This document shows positions 51,600 to 64,000 of a DNA stretch of 64,000 nt, in pieces. The notes beneath the pieces were generated by a model that saw only the letters and a list, made by a program, of their open reading frames with translations, searched no databases and had not been told where the DNA came from. The stretch spans positions 1-64,000 of the forward strand of contig CDMY01000324.1 of assembly GCA_001179505.1 (NCBI GenBank), in the 5' to 3' direction. The DNA comes from Vitrella brassicaformis CCMP3155 (Eukaryota; Protista; Chromerida). The translations under genes were made by a program, and so were the position numbers. Position 1 is the stretch's first letter, and the number at the start of each line of letters is the position of its first letter.

Positions 51600-53222
51600 T
51601 CTCCTGAAGGAACGAACACACAGGCCATCCACACATACCATAGCCAGCCAGTGTGTGCATTTCTCCTTCCTGGCGTGGAGTACCTCTTGCTCGTGCAACA
51701 ATCGGATCTGCTCATTGAGTCTGGCGATCTCGGCCTGAGCTTCCTCCAGACCCTGAACGACAGGCAACAGACGCAACACAGACATGGAGACATACCCAGA
51801 CAGACACATAGATGGCCGCGTTGTGCTGCGGTGCGTGTGGCGTGTGGCGTGAGGGAGCTTACCCGTTCCTGCTGCTTGCTCTCTTCGTACAATGTCGTGC
51901 ACCTGGTAGTTGAGCTCCTCGAGGTGTTGCTGAAGGGCAAACAAGTCTCGGTTGGCCTCGCGCGCCTCTCCCTCAGCCTCGCTGGCTTGGCGGCGGTAGT
52001 TGTCCTTGTCCCTCTCCAGGCCAGCTATCTTGGCATTTATCAAACTTCTCATGCGCTCATATCCCTCGGTATAGAAGTACTGCACACAGAGACCGAGACA
52101 AATGCGGTGAGTGAGTGAACGGATAAATGAGCTGCTCGCCTTGCCCTGCCCTGCCATCCTCACTGACCCGCTCACGAGAGATGCGCTCGTACCCCTCTGG
52201 CATGGGCGGCGGCATATCAGGCACGGGCGGCAAGAGGCCGCTCGAGAAGAGGAGGCCGCGAACGTACACCTCACCGATACCCTTGCCGCCCGCGCCGGCA
52301 CCTGCAGCCGCAGCAGCAGGCAGCGCAGCATTAAGCGGTCGTCGCACACACGCCGACTGGAACTCGCCCCACTCAATCTCGTCCTCGTCCGCAGTCGGCG
52401 AGGGTGGCTGGCTGCCTGGCTCACCATCGACATCCTGCAGGCAACGAACCCACACAAACACACACGCACAGCCCATCCTACCATGATTGAGTGACGAACG
52501 TGTGTGTGCGTGTGGTATGGGGTGACTTACCGCAGGCGTATCGCTGTCGTTGCTATCGCTCTCGTCGTCCCTGGGCCGCTGCTGGATGGCGGCCACGAGC
52601 AGGTCTTGCAGCTCCTCGTTGTTCTTGGAGAGGCGAAGTTTTCCTGCAACAGCTCTGCGCGGCTCTCCAGAAGCTCCTCGTTGCGGGCGATGGTACTGTT
52701 CAGCAGCTGCAGACAAAATGAGAAGATCGATCACCAGACGAAGTGAGCGGCCCGCCCCTCGTGTGTGTGCTGTTTGTTTGCCTTACCTCTCGCAGAGTGG
52801 TCTGCCTCTAATCGGCCGCCTCCAAGCCGTCTTGAGAGGCACGAAGTCGCTGGTGCAGTGCCCTCGCGGCGGTCACCTCCTCCTTGAGGCAGCTCTCCAG
52901 GCTGTCGACCTGGAGCTGCTGGCCCTGGGCGGCGGCCTCTCTCTCGGCGACTTGGCGGCGCAGGGTGGTGATGTGCTCGGTCTTGATGGCCACGATGGCC
53001 CGCTGGTCCGCTAGGGCCTCTCCACCCCTCGCTGTACCACCGGGGGCGGCTGGTTTCCACCGTGACGTCATCGAGTTCCTCAAATGCGCTGCGCAGTGTG
53101 CTGCTGCCGCCGGTCACTGGGGTGAGCCGACCCCGAAAGGTGCGCATGGCCCTTCGGCGAGCTGCTCCCCTGATGAAGTCGAGCAGGGCGGCGTCTGCAG
53201 GCCAGAGCCACAAGCGCTCCAC
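51600..53222 (-). pseudogene. Coiled-coil protein pseudogene (or a gene with assembly errors)
   Basis: In-frame TAG at 52808-52810 (LEAAD*RQTTLRE|GT); 1-nt frameshift near 52640 (ELLQE/LRLSKNNEEL); another frame switch near 53050. Confidence 0.55.
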
Positions 53223-53711
53223 GCGATGGCGATCTTCTCCGGATGGCGTTTTGCGAGGAGCGATTGTGAACTTTGAGCCAAAGCTAAAGGAGCTTGTCTC
53301 AACGGCGCGATTTTCTCGACGATCTGTTGATGATTAGCACATCTTTCGCACCGTGCCAAATCCATCGTGTAGCGTTCCGTTCAGATGACAGGATGGCGTA
53401 ACAGCTGGCCACAGCCATACACAGCCACGTAAGAAGGAAAGGAATGCATCGCCCAGCTAGTCGTCCCGGTGTGTCAGGTTGTATGTCAGTGATGGGGGCG
53501 AGGCGTTGCCTTCTCACGCCAAATGCATCACCATCGCGGGAGGTCCTGCGATGCGCACACAAGTGAGAAGACAGCCAAGGCAGTGATGTGATCCCCTTTC
53601 GCCATCATCCCGCTTCTCTTGCCTGCCTGGTGTGTGTGTGTGTGTGTATCTGTGCCACAGCCTCGATTTCACTTGATGGTTTCCTCCCACCCTGTCCGCT
53701 GAGATCTCGCG

Positions 53712-55781
53712 ATGTCTGACTCTGAGATGCACCAGCAGCAACCCAGCGAGCCCTTCGCCGTAACTCTGTCACGCGTCGGGGCACCAGCCTTTGCCCTGTC
53801 CGCCACCAAAGAGTTGGCCTTCGGCATTGACGATGGTTCCCTCTCACCTGCCGCAGCGGCCCGGCTGCTGACGCAGCAGAAGGCCGACCCCAACGGGCGG
53901 TATCGCAAGGGCAGCTGGCTGGGCGGTCGACCTGAGCCTTGGCCTTCCCTGCTGCATCTGGTTGCCCACAAATGCGTCGGAGAGGATGGTGCCGCGATGC
54001 TGGACTGCCTCCTCCGAGCCGGAGCCTCCGTGAACTATGCCACCAATAGCTACCCCGACAACGGGAGACCACTGGACATCCTGCTAGGCCGCCTGCGTTG
54101 TGCCGACCCCCGTCTGCTGTCGGCCCTCCTGCCCATGATCGACACCCTCCTGAGGCACGGCGCCAGGTGCGAGAATGGTGGCTATGGTGCGCTGCGGTGG
54201 CTCTTCGCCAGTTCCGCCATTGAAGAGATCTCGGCCACGGAGTGGCTGGAGGTCGTCACCCGGCTGACCACTGCCGCAGCAGCAGCACCCACACCACCCA
54301 GCCTCTACGGGTACTCGACTCTCAAGTTGGCGTGCAAGTGCCGGTTCCGACAGGAGGAGGAGCAGCAGCAGCTACAGGAGCAGCAGCAGCAGCAGCAGCA
54401 GGACGGCTCGCACGATGGCCAGACGGACGCCCACATCGCCATTCTCGAGAAACTAGTAGAGGGGATGGGGCGGGAGGTGGTCGAGGCGGACAGGGGTACT
54501 GGTGCGTTGAATCACGCCGTGGACAGTCAGAACAGGGCCATTATGTACTGGCTGGTTAGGCAGCAGGGGGTGAGGGCTGATGGTGGCACGCTCTCTCGTG
54601 CTCACTGGGATGTCGATGTGATATCATTTCTGGTGCGTGAGGCAGGAGCTCAGGTAGATGATGGGTGGTGGCAGCCCCTTCTCGCGTTTGTGCAGGGATG
54701 CTACCACACTGCTGCGCAGCACCTGATCCAATTGGGGGCATCGGTAGACAGAGCACTCACCCACCTTCCCACGACAGCCAGAGATAAGCAGCGCATTTTG
54801 TCGGTGTATCACGACTATCTCAATCGCTCTGTCCCCACACACGCCATGGGCTTCATCAACACGTCCCTCGCCCCTCTGCGCACTCTGTCTGCCCTGTCGG
54901 CTTCCCACTCTGTGTTCGCTCTGAGTGTGTTGTGCAGTCAGATTGCCTCATACATAGAGCCCCCCTCTCTGCCCTTCTCAAATCGCACGCCACTCGGGCG
55001 GCGGCTCAATGCGGCACTGCGGTTTTTCGTCTCGCGTGTCTGCAATGTGGCCAGCCCGTCTCTGCGGCGGCGTCTGTTTCGGCACACTGCCTTCGTCACG
55101 CCACACACCACACACAGACACATCAGACAGCCAGGGAGAGGGAGGGGGCGGGCAGGTAGACGAGGGCATCGTGTGTGGCCTCCGTGACGTGATCCACCTG
55201 ATTCGATGTCAGGAGGCGCAGCGCTATGCGCTGCCCCACATCGACAGGGGATTCGGCAATGGCGAGCCATTCGAGTGCTCGTTCGATGGCCGTGTGGTGG
55301 TGGGCGGGACGGGGGGAGGCCAGTGTGCGGTGAAGGTGATACATGGGTGGGAGGGGATGGGTGGGAGGGGGCCGCCCGGTGCGCTGTGGGGTGACGACGA
55401 GTCATCGGATGATGATATCTTGGATAGCGACGACGACCTAGATGAGGAGGACAACATCGATGAGGTCAGCAGAGGGGTAGACAGTCACATGCATGTGACG
55501 ATTCGCTGTTGTTTGTTTGCAGGATGGTATGGATGAGGACGGCCTGGAGGACGGCGGGGACGGCGAGGATCTAGATGAGGTGGAAGGAGGCACGCGCACA
55601 CACGTGCCATGTCATCCATGCCCACTCATCAATGTGTGCGGTCTGTGTATGTGTGAAGGGTTCCGTGGCCGAGGACGGCATGGGCGGCGACTCGGGAGAG
55701 GAGGAGCATGATGGCGATGTGATCGACGATGACGATGACGACGAGCAGCAGCAGCAACAGCACACGGAGGACAACCAGTGA
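53712..55781 (+). CDS. Ankyrin-repeat protein of a lineage-expanded family, acidic C-terminus
   Basis: ADPNG, SLLHLVA, LLRAGASVN, RPLDILL, ALNHAV, LVREAGAQVD, LIQLGASVD; poly-Q; frame change near 55100; terminal acidic exons. Confidence 0.75.
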
Positions 55782-56834
55782 GTTGAGGGGGGAGGGGTGG
55801 GTGGGGGCATTCTGCATGGCTACACACATGGCTGTCTGTCTGTCTCTCTCTCTCACAGGAGTGTCGATGAGATGGATGAGGAGCACAGCAGCAGCGATCG
55901 GCTCATCTGAAAGGCTGTGTACGCCAAGCGACTCGCAGACCACCGGCCTCTCTCCTCTGCTGCTGCTCACGGCTGTGTTTGGTTGTCTGTGTGGTTCAGA
56001 TCACACATAACGTCCATCTACTGATTGCCCCTGGCCGACCAGTACGTATCGTGGCCCCCTGGCTGCTGCTGCAGGAGGGCGGCTGTTGTGTAGATGATGT
56101 CCATATCTGTGTGCTGGTTGGCTGGATGGCTGGTTGGCTGGATGGATCCATGGTACACATTCGATGTGTCTGTGTCTGTGTGTGTCCATGTGTGAGACCA
56201 TTTGTGTGTGTGTGTGTGTGTGTCCGTCTTGATGCGTTCATCGTGTGTGTACAGCTAGAACCTGGTGGCCAGAAAATCCCCTTCACCCACTCACTCATCC
56301 ATCCGTACTTGTCCTTTTCAACCACACACGTGTCCGATGTCGATCGTCGGCAGATCTTCCATTACTCCGCGCTGAGTTTCAATCCATGGTACATGACAGG
56401 TGTCACCGACGTGCTAAACAAAAGAAAGAGACAGAGTGCCTACGTTCTACCGTCCACACGCATCCGTCCACAGAAAATCCTACCTACTTGCGCGACTCAC
56501 TTGCATTCCCCATGCACCCCACACGCGCTTCCATAAAGTGAGCTTGTGCGCCACTGCTTGGCTGTCCGGCACGTTCAAGTGATAAACTTACAGGCGCACC
56601 CAGATCCCCCGACAGGGAGAAAAACAAAAAAAATGCCAAAACCGGCCAACACTGGTCCACACATCCATCACATCTGTCCATGGACCCTCCAACAAATGGG
56701 CGCCGCCGCCCTCATCTCTCCCCATCCACATCACATCCGTCAACAAATGAATACCCCGCCCGTCCTTCCAGAAAAAAGAGAGAGACACGCACACGGCCGA
56801 GAGAGAAAAAAGCACATACACAATCAGATAATAG

Positions 56835-58621
56835 TCAGACTTTGGTGCTGACGGCGATGCCGCTGGGCGGCTGCTTCTTGTCTGCAGCTGTTGGTGCACT
56901 GCCCGACTCGGGGACAACGTCGGGCAGCTGCCAGAGCTTGCCGTGGGTGTCGACGTAATAGACCTCCGTGCGGTCCTCATGCCTGCAGACAGTTACATTA
57001 CACCACACAGACGGACAGTCAGACGGACAGGCGGATGTGTGTATGTACGATCCATGGTACACACGTACCACATCCACAGTTTGCGCTCTCCGCCCTCCGG
57101 TGTGGCTTCCTTCTTGCCGTTGCCGAACCGCCTATCGCGGATCTGGCGATAAATCCTGTCCGCGTCAGCCGAATAACGCACCGCAGCACGGCGGAACGTT
57201 CGCACGCCTTTTGGACACACACACACACAGACACACACACACAGAGAGAGAGAGAGAGATGGAGATGAATGGGAGCCAGACGCATCCGGTGGCCGGGCTG
57301 GGTTGGCACTCACCGCCACAGACGAAGAACGGGCAGCTGCAGAGCCTGACGGGTGTGCCGTAGAAGAGCATCCACCCCCACACGAGCAGCACGGCACACA
57401 TGGCCCACCAAGCGGGCTCGCGATACATGCCGTGCAGCAAGGCGCACATGAGGATCACGTACAGCACTCCACACACGTGGAACAACACATTCGACCTGCA
57501 GGCATATATAGCACAGTTGACACACTGACTGATGCGATGCGACCGACTGCCTTTGTCTCCTTCTCTCTGTGTGGCTGTGCTGTGTGTCTGCGCTCACACG
57601 TGGAACCATCGGTGGTATTTCCACAGCAGCGGCGGCTTGGCGATGAAGATGTGCCAGAAGAGGGGCAGAATGACCATCCCCGCCGTCAGCAGAATGTACA
57701 TCAGCAGCAGCGGGATGAAAAAAGACCGGTTGTTCTGGCTCCTCGCGCGCTGCTCGGACGACAGCACGATGGCAAAAACGATCGCCCACGGAATCAGCAG
57801 GATGGGGGCACCCGTCAGCAACGCAGAGCGCCACGACAGCTTCCTGACCACACACACGACAAACACCAATTCATTCAAAGGGGATGGATGACACACACAT
57901 GTGCTTACCCCTCGAGCATGTCGGCACATGCGTGGATTTGCGTGTTCCTGTCGGCACGAAGCAGCGTCGGCTCGGTCTCGTCCGCCCGCTGCAGCGGCTG
58001 CTGCCTCCCCTCACGGACAACGCCCGGCTCCAGATCGACGCTCGGCTTCTTGGACGAGGTTGCAGACTCCCGCCTCTCGTACTCTCGTTTCTGCTTGCGC
58101 GACGGCGTCACCTTGAGGTCCAGGCCGCTGTAGAGCAGCTTCCACCCCGGCCCGTCGATTTCGGCGCCCTCCTCCTCGTCGACAGGCGGCTTGGGCGGCG
58201 GCAGGTCGGGCATGCCGCCGCCGCCGAAGCTCCAGGGGAAGCTGATCTTGAACGAACGGCGGCTCCTGGACTCGGTGGACCCCTGGGTGTGGCCAATCGG
58301 CAAAATGTTGGTGTGCGTGGCGGCTGCAGCGGTTCCTGTGGCTCCTGTGGCCTCGGTGGTGGCGCTTCTGTCGTCGTCTCTCTCCATTCTCTCGAGTGAT
58401 GCCTGGGATGCGGGGAAGGGGTTGGATGAGCCGCTCTGAGGGGCAGCGGGTGCCTGTGCCTGCTGTGCGGGACTCTCCTCTGCGGATGGCTCGGCGGCCT
58501 CTGGGAAGGGGTTGGTCTCCTCCGCCTTGCCATCGACCTCCCCAGCGAAGGGATTCACCCCTTCCTCTTTCCTCTCCTCCATCGCAACCCCTTCAGCCTT
58601 CTTCTCTTCCGGCGTGGCCAT
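56835..58621 (-). CDS. NPF-repeat, four-TM membrane protein (SCAMP-like architecture)
   Basis: Three NPF motifs (VNPF, TNPF, SNPF) in an acidic N-terminus; four hydrophobic segments in exons at 57.3-57.85 kb. Confidence 0.7.
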
Positions 58622-58665
58622 GACGCGCCGGAACGGTTACACGCAGATACCCTAAGGCAGATGGC

Positions 58666-60597
58666 ATGGCGAGGCCGATAGATTATTCCAAGTGGGATGA
58701 CATCGCATGCTCCGACGATGAGGACGACGCGAAAGATGCGCCTCACCGCCTGCCGTACTCATCGGATGAGATCAGCGGCTACAAGGTGCGGCAGAATGCA
58801 CCCAAGAACGACTACCCCAAGCGGTGTGCGGCGATGGGCTGCACCGCCACGGCGCCTGCCGGATCACCGATGCCGATGTGCCAGCAGTGCTCGCTGGTCC
58901 ACTACTGCTCGAAGCAGGTGAGAAAGGCAAAAGCGGAGGGGCGCATCCATCCATCCATGGATGTGTGTGTATCTCTGTTGTTTCTCGGTTGTGCTGTCTG
59001 TCAGTGTCAGGTAGATGACTGGAGGAGGCGCCATAGGAAGGAGTGTAAGAGTGCACAGAAGGAGTTCTCCCGTCCCCCTCTGCACCACAACCGGGCGGCC
59101 GTCATGTTCATCTACGGGTGGCTAGACGAGGATGCCTTCTTCTCACTGCAGGTGAGAGAGCCTTTTCTCGACAGAGAAAGGGAATACAAGACATGGCTCT
59201 CTCGTCTTCTTGAATGCAGCGCGGGTCTCAGCAGGAGATCCTCAGAGAGTTCGTGACGGCCGGCCAGCACTCCGGCTGGCTGATGCTCAGACTTCGCCAG
59301 TTCCACGACCGCAGCTTCTGGTACGGCTGTCACGGTGCCATCGCAATGAGTACGTGCCTGTGTATATGTGCCCTCTCTGTCTGTCTGTCTGTCTGTCTGC
59401 AGCGTCGTTGGGCTGCACAACCCGGACAATCCGCAGGGGTCGCGGCCTCGGTGCGCATACACGACGGGCGAGGACGGCGCGGCCATATATCCCTGCTTCA
59501 TGCTAGCCCCAGTGGCACGGCGAGGAGCCGAGATGCCCTGCTGCCCCCGCAACCCTAAGATGCTGGTGATGCTGGAGGCAGCGCGCAGGACGCTCAAGAC
59601 GGCCATCGAGACCTGCATGAAGGACCCGAGGCATAGGGTGTTTCCCGTGTCGTTTGTGACGGTCACAGACGCGTGTGACACCCTTTTTTGGCGCAAGGAG
59701 GTGGTGATCACCGAAATGTGGACGTCTAGCGGCCTCCAGAATCGTGTGTGGTATTTGCGGCCGTCGATCGACATCACGCTGAGCAATGCACTGGTAAGGT
59801 CTAGGGGGCTGCCGCGAATAAGAAAGACACCGCAATTCTGTGTACGTGTGTCTTGTGGTCAGATGGAGGCGAGTTACGAGGTATTCGGGCACGAGCTTGG
59901 CCAGATCCTGGCAGAGAGATGGGCCTCGTGTGGCCATCGCATTATTAGCATACCAGAGGACTATTTGCGGCGTGAGGCGTGGCAGCGCAACCTAGTCAAC
60001 CGCATCGCCACAGACGGCGGCGCGGTCGGCCTCGACGCCATCTGCGAACAGAAGGCATGGCGACAGCCGCCCCGCCCATGTAATGTGAGGGTGTCTGCAG
60101 ATGGGGGTGGCGGCCGATGAGGTACGCCACGTCTTCATGGAGGCGGCGCTGTCGTTCACCGACCTGTTTCGCATGCACCTGATCGACTATGCCGACGAGA
60201 TGCACACCAACAGCGCAGGACGACAGTCGCTGGCGTACGAGTGCTGCATGACCGATGACGAGTACGCCCGCGTCAAGGAGGAGATAGACGTGCTCAACCC
60301 CCAGTACTCGCCAGACATGCAAAGGACCATCGACATGCCCTTCCCGGTACACACATACACACACACACAGAGAGAGAGAGAGAGATAGCGAGAGAGAAAT
60401 CGCTTTGTTGCTGTGTGCAGGGCTATTGCGAGGAGGTAGAGGGTCCTTTGGTGGAGCTAGCGGACGGCACGCTGGAGTCGGAGACGTGCGTGACGCTGAG
60501 GTCGCAGCTGGAGCCCGTCGCGCCCACAGACTGCTGCCCCTGCTGCGGGGCCGACAAAAAGGGAAGCAGTGGAGGCGGTCCAGTGATGATGAGGTAG
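58666..60597 (+). CDS. MYND zinc-finger protein with a Cdc37-like N-terminal motif
   Basis: IDYSKWDDIACSDDED; CAAMGC...CQQCSLVHYCSKQCQVDDWRRRHRKEC. Confidence 0.75.
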
Positions 60598-60980
60598 ATG
60601 GGGGGAGGGGCGGGGCGGGGTGGGGTGGGCTTGTCCATAGAAGGGCCTTCGTGTTTGATCCATATGTATATATCTGTGTTTAGAGGACGTATCATGCCTT
60701 TTTCTCTGCGTCAGCATGTGCGTGTGTGTGTGTGTGTGTCTTTGGGTCGTCCGTCCGTTGTGATGCCGGTCACTGCATTCACGCACTGCAAGGCGGTGGA
60801 TGGGGTTTGATGGTGTCGCATCGAATGGACGATCAACAGACATAAACACCTGCACCATGGTGCATACCATCTCTCATTCAATCCCCGGTGCATATCCGCA
60901 TACGAGCGTCCGCACACTCTAGCCCATTCTCGACGCGAGCTCGTCTTCTTTGGCAGATCTGTTCGCCAACAAACAATCAG

Positions 60981-63785
60981 ATGGCCGCCAGAGCACTGTC
61001 CGTCGCTCGGCGCGGACTCCAACGCCACCACAGCATCTACCAGAGGACATCAGCGCGTCTGCTTCGTCGCTTCAGCTCGGCAAGGGAAGCTGCCAGATCA
61101 CCCGAGGAGGCATCCTCCGACTCATCGAATTCAGCCGACGTGAGCTGGGACGTGACGGGCAACCTGAAGCACAAGCTGCACGGCTCTCGGCCGCTGGTCA
61201 TGGTCATTCACCCGGTGCTAAAGGGCAAGCGGAAGAGGGAGATCCTGTGGGACGCTGAGGAGGCGCTGGGGCTGGTCAGGGCAGCGCATTGGGACCCGCT
61301 GCCTGGACCTACTGAACCTGCAAGTGCGTGAAATGTAGGGGTGGCAAGGCAAGGCAAGATGACGGTGGCTGCATAGCCTGTGTGTGTGTGTGTGTGTGCA
61401 GATGGGTGGAATCAGAATGAGCTTGCCAAAGTGGGTCACCTGCAACGGCTCGTGCAGGAGGGCAACCTCACGCTGCCCAAGGAATGGCACTTCCATCGGT
61501 CAGTCAGGCACCAAGACACGCGCAGGACTGCCCCATCAGCCAGGTCCTTTCTCTTCCCATCAGGACGATGCGTGACGATGACGAGAACACCGATGAGGAG
61601 AGCGGCGACGAAGATCTCGACCCCAATGAGGCGGCGTGGCGCAACTCCACACTGAGGCGGCAGTGGGCCGAGTCGTGCTGTGTCAGAGTGCGGCAGGTCC
61701 ACCCCGGCAACTTCTTCCAAAAAGGCAAAGTAAGGAGGAAAGACACACACACAGATACACACCGACGATCCGCGCACTTGTCCTTTCCTCTGCTTGCAGC
61801 TGGAGGAGCTCGCCATGATCTACACGTACCAGCCGGCCCATTACGTCTTCGTCAACTCGTCCCTCACCGGCACGCAGCAGCGCAACCTCGAGCTCATCTT
61901 CAAGAACGCCCTCAACGTGTGGGCGGCCCGCAAGATGGAGCGCAAGGAGCTGCCCATCGCCGGCCTCGTCCACTCCGCCACCAGCATCGCCGCCAACACC
62001 ACAGAGCTCGACATTCTCGCACAGGACCGGCTGAAGCTGCAGGCCGACAGCGGCAAGGCACTCGTCGGCACAGAGGGGCAGGCGGACGCCCTTGCGCAGA
62101 TCGGTGCGGACCATCTGGGCGAGGCGGTGGCGCCGGTGGATGAGACTGAGGAAGAGATTGACGAGAGGAGGGGGGCGGCGACGAGGGTGGAGGTGGTGGA
62201 CCGCAACAGAGTGGTGCTGGAGATATTCGCTCTGAGAGCGAGAACCAGACAGGCCATACTGCAGGTAGGTCGGTCAGACGCAGACGCACGCCCACCTAGA
62301 TGCTATGTGGCGGCACATTGCTGTCTGGGTGTGTGTTGTGTGTTGTGTGTTGCTGTGTGTCGTGTAGGTTGCTCTCGCTCGTACCAACTACTTCAAGTCT
62401 CGCCTTTCCCTCAACACGCCCAACCGGTTCAAGCAGCTGCTCATGTCCGTCAAGGCAGCTGCAGGTGTCCAAAGCACCGTAAGCACCAGAGACACACATA
62501 CAGACAGACAGACAGACAGACAGAAGCACCAACACAACAAGCCACACGCACAAGTGGCAAGGAGTGTATCTCTGTTTATGTGTGCAGTATGCCGATTGGG
62601 TGGAGGACGTAAGCACGACCTACCACCTGGGAGACGGCGAGCAGATCGGCGAGTACGAGGGGCGCCTGCTAGAGATAGCCATGACCAAGCTGCGTGCACA
62701 GCTGGAGGAGGTCAAGAAGGCCAGGAAGCTGCAGAGAGAGGCCAGGAGGGGGGCGGGGACGGTGGCTTTGGTTGGCTACACCAACGTAGGCAAGACGGCC
62801 ATCATGAACCGGCTGACGGGCAGCGACCTGCGTGTGCGGGACGTGCTCTTCCAAACACTCGACACAACCATGCGGAAGGTCCGCCTGCCCTCGGGCACTA
62901 AGGCCATTCTGGTAGGCGGGCTCAGCAAAACACGTGACGTGTCTGCTGGAGGCGAGGCGAGGCGTGTGTGTGTAGGTTGATTCGGTTGGGTTCATCCAAG
63001 ACCTGCCTCACGCCCTGTATGACGCGTTCCAGGCCACTTTGGAGGAGACGATCAACGCCGACGTGCTGCTGCACGTGAGGGACGTTTCGCACCCCCAGTG
63101 GGAGATGCACAAGCAGGTGGTCCTCGACTCTCTGCACGACTGCGGCATGTCGCTCGAACGCCTCAGCTCCAATGTGGTTGAGGTCTGGAACAAAGTCGAC
63201 CTCCTCGACGAGGTGAGGAGAGACACATGTATTCGGGAGGTCTCTCTGTATGCGTGTGTGTGTGGTGTGTGGTAGGAGGGGTTTCGGTCGATGCTGTCAG
63301 AGCTGCCCCCCAACGCCGTGCCCGTGTCAGCCATGGACGCATCGGGCCTCGACGTCCTTCTCAAGGTGATTATATGACCACGGCGGGACAGAACGACACC
63401 ACCCCACATCATCCACCAACGCGCTGCACTCATTCCCTTCCTTGGCTCATTTGTTCAGTTGCTGGACCAGGTGGTCAACTCGGTGTTGTCCCGGTCGACC
63501 ATCACACTACGGCTGCCCGTCCGTGAGGTGCAGGAAAGGATGCGTGTGCTCAACAGGCTGGGCATCACCATCTCCTACGGCCGGTCGCTGGACGCCGGGA
63601 TGACGTCCGACTCTGAGGGGTGGCGGGAGACCTTCGCCAAGGAGGATGAGGACGAAGAGGGCGGCATCCGTGTGTCGGAGGACGGACAAAGTGTGCTGGT
63701 GGATGTGATTGCTGACTACCCCGCTTTGGCCAGGTATGAGGCCTTGTACGAGAAGAGGGGAGGGGAGCCTGGGGAGGGGAGGTGA
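60981..63785 (+). CDS. hflX: HflX/GTPBP6 ribosome-associated GTPase with a putative mitochondrial transit peptide
   Basis: VVDRNRVVLEIFALRARTRQAILQVALA, G1 VALVGYTNVGKT, G2 LFQTLDTT, G3 DSVGFIQDLP, LLHVRDVSHP, G4 NKVD. Confidence 0.92.
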
Positions 63786-64000
63786 TGTGACGGCCACTAG
63801 TGTAGGTGGGGGAGGGAGACGACTTGATTTCTGTACAATGTGGATATTAACATGTGATGGTGGTAGTGGTGGAAATGAGTCTCATACGATACGCACCCAC
63901 ACAAGCGGAACTATCTAACGAACGTATCTTCACCCCTGCCTGCCTCCCTCCTATCCCTCTCAACACATACTAGCTAGTTGGTCTCTTCCTCTCGAACTCT

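Overview
Eukaryotic, GC-rich, intron-dense genomic DNA. Short GT-AG introns full of (GT)n/(CA)n/(CCAT)n/(CT)n tracts, Apple/PAN domains and lineage-specific ankyrin and F-box-like families fit a chromerid alveolate such as Vitrella brassicaformis (inference, not verified). Genes rebuilt by manual splicing: POT1-like telomere OB-fold protein, OFA/OxlT-type MFS transporter, HYPK, MCM7, a secreted GH13 alpha-amylase fused to four PAN/Apple domains, a secreted tandem-C2 protein with a GPI-like tail, a DUF2237 protein, an ankyrin-repeat protein, an NPF-repeat 4-TM protein, a MYND-finger protein, HflX/GTPBP6, several hypothetical proteins and a coiled-coil pseudogene. The most unusual region is ~16.6-21.7 kb, a patchwork of short pieces from unrelated mobile elements (CRE/R2-type RT, PHD finger, copia RT start, spliced OTU protease, two paralogous gag zinc-knuckle ends, spliced CMC/Plavaka-like transposase, Helitron-Rep-like motif). 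All recognisable pieces are on the minus strand, antisense to both flanking genes. Other notable items: a diverged inverted repeat carrying a synonymous-constrained mini-exon (49.4/51.3 kb), four head-to-head gene pairs with 44-132 bp between start codons, and four 300-N assembly gaps. Exon boundaries were read by eye; no database searches were run.
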